The translations under genes were made by a program, and so were the position numbers. The notes beneath the pieces were generated by a model that searched no databases, had not been told where the DNA came from, and saw nothing but the letters and a program-made list of their open reading frames with translations. This document shows, one piece after another, positions 1-8,933 of a DNA stretch of 32,000 nucleotides. The DNA lies in the NCBI GenBank assembly GCA_003144275.1, contig NJBF01000011.1, forward strand, positions 30,001 through 62,000, given 5' to 3'. The stretch is from Candidatus Heimdallarchaeota archaeon B3_Heim. Its GTDB lineage: Archaea; Asgardarchaeota; Heimdallarchaeia; Hodarchaeales; Hodarchaeaceae. How positions within the stretch are numbered: position 1 is the stretch's first letter; each line of letters begins with the position of its first letter.

Positions 1-633
1 AAATTGAAATTTCTCTGACCCCCAATTGCCCGCAGCATCGCTCACATAAACTGATAGTCGGTGAGATCCATCTTCACGAGGAAGATTAACAATAAAAGGA
101 AAAAGCAAACTCTGGTTCTCTTCAGCATTCCAGTGGTATAATACTTTATCTAGATTGGTATCGTTGATCAATAGTTCGATAGGTGTTTCGGGAATATGCT
201 GACTATTATTCACCATTGATTCCAATAATATAATAGGAGTTGTATCATCAGTGATATAGTGAAATTTTTGGTATTCCCACACATCCAAACTGTCTAATGC
301 ATAAACATGTAAGAAGTGAGGCCCATCACCAGGTGGTAATAGCGTAGTATATGGGGGAAGCCATGTAATGTTAGGTTGAGAATCCCAATTGAAATCAACC
401 CGTAGTAGGGAAGCATCATCGATATCTAAAACAATTTTAGTATCAGATGGAAGAATAGAATTATTGGAAGGGGATTGTAGAAAAATATAATTTACTGCTG
501 TTGCCATATCAACATTGAAAGAGAAAGGTGCAATTTTTTCCTCTAAATTGTAGGTTAAACTCCCTGAATCTATCACATTGAGAGTAAAATTGGTAAGTAA
601 GAGTAAAAATATGATAAATGTTCTATTTCTCAT
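1..633 (-). CDS. Secreted/surface protein with tandem Ig-like (beta-sandwich) repeats; N-terminal 211 aa only, runs off the left edge
   Basis: Manual translation from ATG at 633 is open to base 1: MRNRTFIIFLLLLTNFTLNV (signal-like), then two ~83-aa repeats (LQSPSNNS..IVLDIDD..LLRVDFNWD..N..PY..LP.GDG.H.L.VYA.D...TDDTTP / LLESMVNNS..IELLIND.NLDKVLYHWN..N..PF..LP.EDG.H.L.VYV.DAAGNW). Contains NxS/T sequons. Absent from the ORF track. Confidence 0.85.
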   Translation of the reverse strand, partial: MRNRTFIIFLLLLTNFTLNVIDSGSLTYNLEEKIAPFSFNVDMATAVNYIFLQSPSNNSILPSDTKIVLDIDDASLLRVDFNWDSQPNITWLPPYTTLLPPGDGPHFLHVYALDSLDVWEYQKFHYITDDTTPIILLESMVNNSQHIPETPIELLINDTNLDKVLYHWNAEENQSLLFPFIVNLPREDGSHRLSVYVSDAAGNWGSEKFQF

Positions 634-880
634 TTCCTAGATCCTTCAAAATCGATGGCATTCTATTCATCCATCTAAAAGAAAGGGCCTTATTTAGTTT
701 GATATTATCTTTTCGTATGATTTAGCCAATCGTATGCAAAAAATTGTAGGTTTTCTGGATCTAGCCATACTCTTAAAAGAAGTCTCTAATTGCCACGAAG
801 CACTTCGAGAGGTTATAGCAGCGAATGATTAATTATTAGAAATACAGAAATTGTGAAATTATCAAAAATTTTACTAAGAT

Positions 881-1588
881 TTATCTTGTAATGACTTGTC
901 TTGCCATTGAAACAAAACATTCCTCGATTGCTTTACAATCATCTACTCTAATGCAAAATAAATTCATTTGGTTCAGATCAGCTAGATATCTTACCAGCTG
1001 AATGTTTGTAAGATGCGAGACAGAATTAATCTCTGCATTTCTCCTTCTTCTTTTCGATACTTTTATAGTAGAAAGAACGTGTTGAGATTTTCTCCTAAAA
1101 ATAACTCTACATTGATTTAAAATTCGATCTCGGATAGTTAGAGATTGTTTAATTTCTTTTTTCTTACGTCTTCGTGGGGAATATTTCCATCCTTTGATTA
1201 CTACAATGCCCATAGGGACGTGTGTACGATAGGAAAGATGCTTCTCAAACTCTGTGAGCCAATTAGGAATTGCTTCGATTGATTTTCGGTCATTAATATT
1301 ACAAAAAATTAACCCTGCTGATGCACCACGATAGTAGCTAGGTCTTAGCTTTCCAAAGAATTCTTGACCAGCTGTATCCACTAATATGAGTTTTACCTGG
1401 TTATTACCAACATTGATTTTCTTAGTGGTAATATCTACTCCCAATGTCGGTAAATAATTAGTATCAAATTTGTTTTCCGCAAACTTTCTAATAAAAAGAG
1501 TTTTTCCTGTGTTTCCAGACCCGATTGCACAGATTTTGAGGAGATATTCATTATTTTTTATCTGATTATCTCGCTTACAGTTATACAC
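881..1588 (-). CDS. Rab-like small GTPase with degenerate G4/G5 and a basic insertion
   Basis: G1 GSGNTGKT, G2 PTLGVD, G3 DTAGQE, RabF4 YYRGA. G4 position reads VIKGW instead of GNKxD. GTG start. Confidence 0.85.
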   Translation of the reverse strand: MYNCKRDNQIKNNEYLLKICAIGSGNTGKTLFIRKFAENKFDTNYLPTLGVDITTKKINVGNNQVKLILVDTAGQEFFGKLRPSYYRGASAGLIFCNINDRKSIEAIPNWLTEFEKHLSYRTHVPMGIVVIKGWKYSPRRRKKKEIKQSLTIRDRILNQCRVIFRRKSQHVLSTIKVSKRRRRNAEINSVSHLTNIQLVRYLADLNQMNLFCIRVDDCKAIEECFVSMARQVITR

Positions 1589-1870
1589 TATCTTTCACAG
1601 GAAATTATTAATGTCTTGCCTTTTCTTCATGTTACTAGGATATTGTCGGTTTTTAAGCTTACCTCGAGAACTTCTCACTGGTTACTATTTGAAAACTGAT
1701 TGAGTGTGTTAGAAATTAACTTGTATCTTTGAAGTTCTTTCCTCAGAATTTTCTGAAAGAAGTTGATTATTCGAGATTTCGAATCATTCAAGCTATTAAT
1801 ATAGATGTAAATCACTAGTGAAGGGGGAAACTAGTAATCCTAGCATTAGTTCTATTGGAGTACATAAAAA

Positions 1871-2414
1871 ATGTCTCAATTTCAAAAAAAGAAACCTATA
1901 GTATATTTGATTTTGTGTTTAATCTCATCATTTTCGATAGCAACGGTCACAGCAGCGTTTTCCATATGCATTAACTACCGAAGATTTACCTGACGGTTTT
2001 GAATTGGTATCTACTTCATTTAGCACCGATTTGGGAATTTTACAGAAATGGAAAACACCTTCTGATACCGATGGGATGACAACTTTAACTGTTGAAGATT
2101 CTGGTTCAAAATCTAATGCCTCTTCCGTAATAGATGCATTAGCACTGTTTAGCCCTACTTCTGTTTCCGTTTCAGGTGCCGACGAAGCAATAAAAGTCGA
2201 TCTTATTATGGTCACTACAATTTATGCCAGAAAGGATAAATATCTCTTAATTAGTTCGGCATTTGCTAGTACTAAAGCTGATGTTATCACCCTATTGGAA
2301 GCTCAGATTTCAAAGCTACCTGGAGATAGTGGAGGAGCACCTGGATTCGTCTTGTTCTCAGCGATTGCAGCAATTTCGGTTGTTGCGATAATTTTAAAGA
2401 AAAGAAAAGTGTAA
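1871..2414 (+). pseudogene. Small secreted protein with a PGF-CTERM-like C-terminal anchor, interrupted by a +1 frameshift (real lesion or assembly error)
   Basis: ATG 1871 encodes MSQFQKKKPIVYLILCLISSFSIATVTAA (signal peptide) and that frame then stops. Removing one T from TTTT at 1958-1961 joins it to FPYALTTEDLPDGFELVSTS...SGGAPGFVLFSAIAAISVVAIILKKRKV (ORF 2004..2414). Confidence 0.75.
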
Positions 2415-2424
2415 TCAAATCATA

Positions 2425-2439
2425 TTTTCTCTTTTTTTT
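2425..2439 (+). terminator. Putative archaeal oligo-T terminator
   Basis: TTTTCTCTTTTTTTT begins 11 nt after the TAA at 2414. Confidence 0.45.
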
Positions 2440-2567
2440 CCTGTATACTTTGATGACAATTCCTCTTGGCATTACCTGTACATCTTTCTGCTAACAAGAT
2501 CGAAAGATATTTCCATTTTTACTATCTTTGTTGTAGCTAACAGATTTTCTTTTATTCTTCCGTGATC

Positions 2568-3722
2568 ATGATGTCTAAAGTTGCTCTTATACCTACGAAT
2601 CCCCAATCAGTGGTGGACGATTATGCCAAACTAATGGACTTGCTTAATTATCAATCATTCATAAAAAAAGAACTGAATACGATAATCAAGATCAATTTAT
2701 CATGGTCTCTTTTCTATCCCGCTTGTTCGACTCCTCCTTGGCAATTAGATGGTGTATTACAGAAATTATTAGTAGATGGTTTTGAAGCGGACAAAATCAT
2801 CCCTACAGAAAATCAAACCGTTGTCACTCATCCTTGGATTGGCGCTTATAAGAATAAGTGGTTACCCATCTTAAAAAAAGGTAACACAACCTATCGTCCC
2901 TTGACTAACGAAAAGTGGATCGATTATTCCCCAAAAGGGGATGTACCCGCAATGAGGGAGTTATTTCAAGATAAAATTATCATTCCAGAGATTTTTGAAG
3001 GAGCAAGCGTTGTACATTTGCCCACTTTGAAAACACATGGTCACACGGTGATGACTGGAGCAATGAAGAACGCTTTTGGCGGGTTAATCCCCAAATATCG
3101 CCATCACAGTCATAAAATGATTCATGAAATCTTAGTTGACTTATTAACCATACAAAAGGAAATTCACCCGGGTCGACTCGCGGTAATGGATGGATCTGTT
3201 GCAGGGGATGGGGCAGGACCACGAATCATGACACCTGTTTCTACAAATCTTCTTTTGGCTAGCGAAGACCAAGTCGCCATCGATGCCGTTTCAGCAAAAC
3301 TTATGGGATTTGATCCTATGAAAATCAAATTTATTAAAATGGCCCATGATCAAGGTTTGGGTATTGGCGATATTGATCAGCTTGATCTGATTGGTACGGA
3401 TCCAGCAGATTTCCAATCGATGAATTTTAATTTCAAAACCAAAAAAAGTCTGGTTATTAGGTGGGATCAGCGGATTCGGAAAACAACGTATCGTCATCGT
3501 CCTTTAAAACCCCTTCATTGGTTTTTATTCTATACGCCTTTCTTTAGGTTATTTATCATGGCATCAGGAGTCTACCACGATTGGATTTGGTACCCTCTAA
3601 TTGGGAATCGGCGTATTAAAAAATTCAAGCGGGAATCTGGGTGGGGACAACTCTTTGAATCCTATGAATATGGCCCCAAGATGAAAACGTACCCCGAAAT
3701 AAAAAATTGGGATCGGTATTGA
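2568..3722 (+). CDS. DUF362 family protein (probable Fe-S/oxidoreductase-associated)
   Basis: Motifs IKINLSW, LPTLKTH..TVMTGAMKNAFGGL, DG..AGDG.GP, LLASEDQVAIDAV..KLMGFDP. ATG 2568/2571 preferred over GTG 2562. Confidence 0.8.
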   Translation: MMSKVALIPTNPQSVVDDYAKLMDLLNYQSFIKKELNTIIKINLSWSLFYPACSTPPWQLDGVLQKLLVDGFEADKIIPTENQTVVTHPWIGAYKNKWLPILKKGNTTYRPLTNEKWIDYSPKGDVPAMRELFQDKIIIPEIFEGASVVHLPTLKTHGHTVMTGAMKNAFGGLIPKYRHHSHKMIHEILVDLLTIQKEIHPGRLAVMDGSVAGDGAGPRIMTPVSTNLLLASEDQVAIDAVSAKLMGFDPMKIKFIKMAHDQGLGIGDIDQLDLIGTDPADFQSMNFNFKTKKSLVIRWDQRIRKTTYRHRPLKPLHWFLFYTPFFRLFIMASGVYHDWIWYPLIGNRRIKKFKRESGWGQLFESYEYGPKMKTYPEIKNWDRY

Positions 3723-3781
3723 GTTCTTGTCGTCTCATTCAGAAAATTTTTACATTTTATCAAATGAAACTTGTGTAGTTG

Positions 3782-4609
3782 ATGAATTTACCAATGGAAA
3801 AGCGAAAAGAATACATAGCTGATCTATTTAAGAAGTATCGCAGCATTCTCAAAGGTCCTGATTGGGAAACGATGCCTCCGCATGAGGATTGGGAACCTGA
3901 CCAACAAAAAGGGGTTGAGGAGCCTCCACCTCAGAAAGGATATGCTGAGGATGCAAAAATTATTGATCTCATACCTAAAACCGAATTTACTACTCAAGAT
4001 TTCCCTGTTACCCTTCTAGATGCAATTTCAAATAGACGAAGCAGAAGGAATTTTAGTGAGGCGCCTTTAACTCTCAAAGAACTGTCTTTTTTGTTATATG
4101 CAACACAGGGTGTTCACAAAGTAGGGAGTGACGAGCGTCATAGTCAAATAAAAGCAGTTAAACGGACGGTTCCATCAGGTGGATCTCGTCATCCCTTTGA
4201 GACATATTTAGTCGTTCAACGAGTTGAAAATCTCCCTCCTGGTATATATCGTTATCTTGCGTTAGAGGAAAAATTGCTTTTCGTAAAAGATATTAATGAG
4301 GAGAAAATTTCTGAATCTTTGTCTGGATTAACCTATAGTCAATCTTTTCCTGAAAAAGGGGCGGTATTCTTTATTTGGGCTGTTATCCCATACAGAACTG
4401 AATGGCGCTACTCTATTATTTCTTACAAGGATATTCTGATCGAAGCGGGACATGTATGTCAAAACTTGTATCTTGCGTGTGAGGCCATCAATGCAGGAAC
4501 GTGTGCAATTCTAGCTTATGATCAGAAAGGAATCGACAGTTTACTTGACATTGATGGTGAAGATGAATTCGTCATTTATGTTGCTCCTGTGGGTAAAAGG
4601 AAAAAATAG
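3782..4609 (+). CDS. SagB/ThcOx-family FMN-dependent dehydrogenase (nitroreductase superfamily)
   Basis: RRSRRNF FMN-binding motif, RTVPSGGSRHPFETY, RTEWRY, EAGHVCQNLYLACEA. Confidence 0.85.
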   Translation: MNLPMEKRKEYIADLFKKYRSILKGPDWETMPPHEDWEPDQQKGVEEPPPQKGYAEDAKIIDLIPKTEFTTQDFPVTLLDAISNRRSRRNFSEAPLTLKELSFLLYATQGVHKVGSDERHSQIKAVKRTVPSGGSRHPFETYLVVQRVENLPPGIYRYLALEEKLLFVKDINEEKISESLSGLTYSQSFPEKGAVFFIWAVIPYRTEWRYSIISYKDILIEAGHVCQNLYLACEAINAGTCAILAYDQKGIDSLLDIDGEDEFVIYVAPVGKRKK

Positions 4610-4666
4610 AGTTGTGATGACCTTATTAGTGTCTACACCTCACATTTATGATAGAATTCAATATTC

Positions 4667-5758
4667 TTATTCTACCTCTTTCTTTGGGAACGGATTCCAA
4701 GTCATAATTAATATGGTATTTATTACGATTATTATCTGAGATATCGTGCATAGAATACATATGAAGTTGATCACGAACAGTTCTAGATATAATAGGTAAA
4801 ACAAAGCACCCACTGTAAGAAACAATTGAAATACAATGAAATAATACCAATATTCTCCCTGGAGTTTTTTGAATAAGAATGATCTCTCTCTACCTAATGG
4901 AATCTCTAATGGAAGTGGTACGATACTTAGAAAAATTACTTGCATCAATACTAATGTCATTATGACGATTCCTAGCAAAGCAAATGGTATTTCGAATCCG
5001 AAAATATGATAGATCTCATATTTTCGAAAAAGAAGGGTTTTTGCTAAATCATTGGAGGCACATCCACAGCCTCCACGAAGGTAATCTAAAAATTGATATG
5101 TGAGTGTAATTAACGAGATAAGCGTTAATGCAGTAAAAAGATAAATACGATTCTTCTCTATACTTCTAAACGAGAATTTCATTATGGTATATTTGTCTAG
5201 CGTAATGCTGCCTGATACAGCGAGGAGAGTAATTGCACCAACTATTAAAATAGCATTCACTAGTAAGGAAAGATCAACGACATCAAAAGAAGGAGTGGTA
5301 GGTCCATTATTGTCAGGAGGGACATAACCAATATCTACGAGAATAGACTCAAAGGAAGTGACTAATAGATTAGAATCTCCCAAAATTGCCTCAATATCTA
5401 ATACTACTTTTTGATCATTGTCCCAGAGAAAGATCACCCACGGAAAACCTCCATAGGCTCCTACAGAAATATTGTATACTTCCATTTGTTCGAAAAAAAA
5501 GGCAGTTTCAGTAGAGGCATCAATAAACGCAAAATCAATACTATCGTTGAGACGATATTCCTGAAAAAATGGATCTACATACGAATTGTATTTGTCCACA
5601 CAATCGGGACATGCGCTATACTTGATAATAATACAGTCAACTGGTTCATCAGCATGTTGTCCAGCCGTGCCAATATCAATGATTCCAACAAGCAAGGTAC
5701 TTAATAAGAGTGTACCAAGTACAAAACGAGAATATTTAAAATTCGATGAGGAACTCAT
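4667..5758 (-). CDS. Thioredoxin-like domain fused N-terminally to a VKOR (vitamin K epoxide reductase) family domain
   Basis: N-terminal hydrophobic segment, CPDC plus GGFPW (cis-Pro loop), a linker TM, then VKOR-like GCGC loop, IFGFEIPFALLG and LYLELFVINFICILC (CxxC at the start of the last TM). Confidence 0.75.
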   Translation of the reverse strand: MSSSSNFKYSRFVLGTLLLSTLLVGIIDIGTAGQHADEPVDCIIIKYSACPDCVDKYNSYVDPFFQEYRLNDSIDFAFIDASTETAFFFEQMEVYNISVGAYGGFPWVIFLWDNDQKVVLDIEAILGDSNLLVTSFESILVDIGYVPPDNNGPTTPSFDVVDLSLLVNAILIVGAITLLAVSGSITLDKYTIMKFSFRSIEKNRIYLFTALTLISLITLTYQFLDYLRGGCGCASNDLAKTLLFRKYEIYHIFGFEIPFALLGIVIMTLVLMQVIFLSIVPLPLEIPLGRERSFLFKKLQGEYWYYFIVFQLFLTVGALFYLLYLELFVINFICILCTISQIIIVINTILIMTWNPFPKKEVE

Positions 5759-6576
5759 TTCTTTTTCAACTTATTCAGTAATTTGGTGACGATAGGGGAA
5801 AAATATTCAAACGCTTCTGAAAGTCCTTTATCTCCTTTTACCCGAATATTCAGATCAAAAGGAATCTGCCCAAGTATTTCAGTATTAAACTCTTGAGCCA
5901 TCCTTTCCCCCCCACCTTCTCCAAATAGGGCATGCTCAGTTTCACAAGATGGACATTTAAACACGGACATATTTTCTATGATGCCGAGGACAGATTCATC
6001 ACCCAACATTTTACGTGACATTACGAGTGATTTACCGGTATCTAACGTACTTACTTCTTGGGGTGTGGTAACAATCACAACACCATCTAGATCAGGTAAC
6101 ATCTGCATAATACTAATTGCTTCATCTCCTGTCCCGGGAGGCATATCAAAAATCAATACTTCTAAAGGTCCCCAATCAAAATCAGTCAAAAATTGATTAA
6201 GCGCTTTCATCTTAATAGGCCCTCTCCACACAACAGGAGTGGAGGCGGTTTCTAAAAAGAACGCCATTGAAATGACTTTTACACCCATCGGTCCTTCGAC
6301 AGGCAAAGGTTTTCCACTTTCTTGCACTTCAACTTTTTTTCCCTCAATCCCAAGCATTTTTGCAATATTTGGGCCTGAAAAATCCAGATCTGCGATTCCT
6401 ACTTTCCCTGGAAACTTCTTTCCAAAGGCTAAAGCTAAATTAGATGCAACGGTAGATTTCCCTACTCCACCTTTACCACTAAGCACAACAATCTTTTTTT
6501 TCACATTTTTCATTGCAGCAGCAATTTCATCCTGTTGTGTTTTCAAACTTGACTGCACGGTTGTTTCCTTCAGCAT
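5755..6576 (-). CDS. mrp: Mrp/ApbC/NBP35 family Fe-S cluster carrier ATPase
   Basis: SGKGGVGKST, VVWRGP, DMPPGTGD, ENMS.F.CPSC. ATGA overlap with the downstream gene at 5755-5758. Confidence 0.92.
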   Translation of the reverse strand: MLKETTVQSSLKTQQDEIAAAMKNVKKKIVVLSGKGGVGKSTVASNLALAFGKKFPGKVGIADLDFSGPNIAKMLGIEGKKVEVQESGKPLPVEGPMGVKVISMAFFLETASTPVVWRGPIKMKALNQFLTDFDWGPLEVLIFDMPPGTGDEAISIMQMLPDLDGVVIVTTPQEVSTLDTGKSLVMSRKMLGDESVLGIIENMSVFKCPSCETEHALFGEGGGERMAQEFNTEILGQIPFDLNIRVKGDKGLSEAFEYFSPIVTKLLNKLKKK

Positions 6577-6689
6577 TTACTTAATGAATTGTCAGTATTT
6601 CTCAAATGACGAAGGGTTAGTCCAGATTATTAATATCCCTTCATTTCACAATTCGTAAATAACTTGCTTATCTATTATTTTGACGTCAG

Positions 6690-7871
6690 CTACTCTCGAC
6701 CAAAAGCCATTTTAACAAGATCATAAGCGCCTTCGAAGACGTGTTTTGGAACAACGGTTAATTCTTCAGCCTCAGAGCCGTATTTTAAATTAAAAAATCT
6801 ACTAAAGGCAGCAAGTGCACTCCAAAGAAATCTAGAAGTATGATCGGCGATAATAAAGGTGAGAAAATTGTCATTATTAGAAAGCATAATAATATCTTCT
6901 TGAAACTGTATCATTTTGACATCTGACGTTTCTATCATTTCAGTAAATAAGTTTAGCACAGCAAGGACTCCACCAGAAAATAAGAGATCACGATCACTCC
7001 CCAAGCTTTCTTCAGGAACGAAATCATATGAATATAATAGCAAACCCGATTTGTTTATGACCATCAATTTCTTTAATCTATGATATTGTAATAAACCAAG
7101 AGGAGCTTTTACATATGCTCTATAAATTAACAAACTACCTACTATAACACTAATATGTGGAGCTAAATGTTGTAAGAAGATAATAAATTCCAGATTAACA
7201 AGATTCTCCAAAAATCTGGCACCTACAACAACTATCAACGGAATTGCATAAAAGAAAATTATCGATAGCTGAAGCATTAGCACCTGTGAGTTCTGTTTTC
7301 GATACGTTATCTGATTTTTAATCTTCTGAAGAGAATAGAGAGTTATAATAATAACATAGCTTACAAAATACGCTGCTGGAAAATTTGTGGTGTATAAAAC
7401 AATTAAAATGGTCAGAATAACACTATAGAGATCCTCGATGTTCTGACTAATATTTAATTCGTTTGACATTATCTCTGGAAATAGGACTGGATAAATCATA
7501 TTCAGCAAAAAAGCCCCAAGAAAGATACCAAATATTGACGCATGGATCGGTGACACTCTATCTTTTCGGAAAAACTCAATAAAAAGCAAGAAAACCCCTG
7601 AGGACATACCACCAAACAAAGGAAACAGGTAATTCACAATATTTCCCTCGTCACGATAGAACTGGACTGGATTTTCAATATTAAGAATATAGAAAAAGAA
7701 TTCAAACCCCACAAAAGCAATAAAAGCAATATATAATCCAATAAGTATCCCGATTACAGGAATTTTTGTTTTACGCCACCTAACCATTAACGAGAAGAGT
7801 AAAACAAATGAAACAATTATTTCAAGGAAGAAAATACAAAATCCTACCACACTAAGTGTTTCTAATGCCAA
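6690..7871 (-). CDS. Multi-pass (~7 TM) membrane protein with a C-terminal longin-like domain
   Basis: Seven hydrophobic segments by eye, followed by LMVINKSGLLLYSYDF..DLLFSGGVLAVLNLFTEMI....VKMIQF, a longin-type pattern. Confidence 0.7.
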   Translation of the reverse strand: MALETLSVVGFCIFFLEIIVSFVLLFSLMVRWRKTKIPVIGILIGLYIAFIAFVGFEFFFYILNIENPVQFYRDEGNIVNYLFPLFGGMSSGVFLLFIEFFRKDRVSPIHASIFGIFLGAFLLNMIYPVLFPEIMSNELNISQNIEDLYSVILTILIVLYTTNFPAAYFVSYVIIITLYSLQKIKNQITYRKQNSQVLMLQLSIIFFYAIPLIVVVGARFLENLVNLEFIIFLQHLAPHISVIVGSLLIYRAYVKAPLGLLQYHRLKKLMVINKSGLLLYSYDFVPEESLGSDRDLLFSGGVLAVLNLFTEMIETSDVKMIQFQEDIIMLSNNDNFLTFIIADHTSRFLWSALAAFSRFFNLKYGSEAEELTVVPKHVFEGAYDLVKMAFGRE

Positions 7872-8009
7872 TGGATCGTCCTTCCTACCTATAAATGGAA
7901 ATATGCAAAGTATCCTCAGGATTATAATTAGCGTAATTCTTCAATGTTCTTAAACTCTTGGAAATAATTCAATAAATATAGATGGATAATTAAAAAGAAG
8001 GTAAGTAGG

Positions 8010-8786
8010 ATGAGTTCCTTTCTCTCTCAGATAACACATGATTCAATCTCTCTGGAGAAGTCCGTATCTGAGTTCAACATAGAATCTGTTGTTATTGGTA
8101 TTCGTTACACTAGTGTACTACTTTCTAATGGCTCGTGTGGAGTAGCATATACCTTAACTGATCAATCAGAAGAAAAAAACCGTCACAATGAGTATTTATC
8201 CGAAAAATTCTTATATGAAAAAGATTTGGAGTATTTGGTTGAATTCTGTGCTTCTAAATACTCAATATTTCGAGGCATTGGAGTTGCTGCTTTAAATGCC
8301 TTTTCACAGGCTAATCTTCCTTCATTAAATACGGAAAATCTAGATATTCTTGATATCTTTAAAGAAAAGTCAGGAAATATCAGTATGATTGGAAATATCC
8401 AGCCTGTTACCCGATTTCTTAGTCAGAAAGGGTATCAAATTAAAATTCTAGATAGATTTGCTCCTCCTCAACCCCATTCAAAAATTACTATAGTAGACGG
8501 GATTTCAGACCTACGAAATGCCGAACATCTGATAGTTTCTGGATCGGCATTAGTATTCGAAACTTTCGATTTAGTTCGGGATCTTCTCACGACAATTCCT
8601 GGAGAAAAGGTTCTTCTCGGGCCTTCGGCTCAAATTCTCCCTGCAATCGCTTTCAAACATGGTTTCACATTTTTAGGGAGCTCTAAAATTATTAATGCGA
8701 AATCTGTTATGAGGATTATAATGGAGGGAGGTGGATATCGAGCATTTAAGGAGTTCACACAAAAATATTCTTTTCACTTAGAATGA
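8010..8786 (+). CDS. DUF364 family (Rossmann-like, putative metal-chelation) protein
   Basis: IGIRYTSV.LSNG.CGVAYT, IGVAALNA, MIGNIQP, SGSAL, LLGPSA. Confidence 0.75.
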   Translation: MSSFLSQITHDSISLEKSVSEFNIESVVIGIRYTSVLLSNGSCGVAYTLTDQSEEKNRHNEYLSEKFLYEKDLEYLVEFCASKYSIFRGIGVAALNAFSQANLPSLNTENLDILDIFKEKSGNISMIGNIQPVTRFLSQKGYQIKILDRFAPPQPHSKITIVDGISDLRNAEHLIVSGSALVFETFDLVRDLLTTIPGEKVLLGPSAQILPAIAFKHGFTFLGSSKIINAKSVMRIIMEGGGYRAFKEFTQKYSFHLE

Positions 8787-8933
8787 ATTCGATGTTAGAT
8801 TTTTGTCGAAAGGTCCCGAAAAACGCTGATGACAGTCTTTTTCCATTGTTGGCACTTTTCGATACCTCCCAGTTATTTCTATCAGCACTTTCAATGTTTT
8901 AATCACGACAGAAATAATTGGAAGATTTCAAAT

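Noticed and set aside
734-832. 32-aa ORF MQKIVGFLDLAILLKEVSNCHEALREVIAAND on the + strand
   Set aside because: Too short to support, with no motif and no independent evidence.
1666-1835. Several short inverted repeats (GAGAACTTCTC, TCAGAA-N2-TTCTGA, ATTCGA-N4-TCGAAT, twin ACTAGT around a G5 run)
   Set aside because: Arms of 5-6 bp are expected by chance in AT-rich DNA. They do not match the archaeal ORB consensus, and no orc1/cdc6 gene is adjacent.
1928-2472. Minus-strand ORFs 1928..2215 and 2287..2472
   Set aside because: Antisense shadows of the better-supported secreted gene, with no recognisable motifs.
2980-6658. Short or antisense ORFs at 2980, 3291, 4518, 4626, 5411, 5586, 5978 and 6239
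   Set aside because: They overlap confidently assigned genes (DUF362, SagB, Trx-VKOR, Mrp) on the opposite strand or frame.
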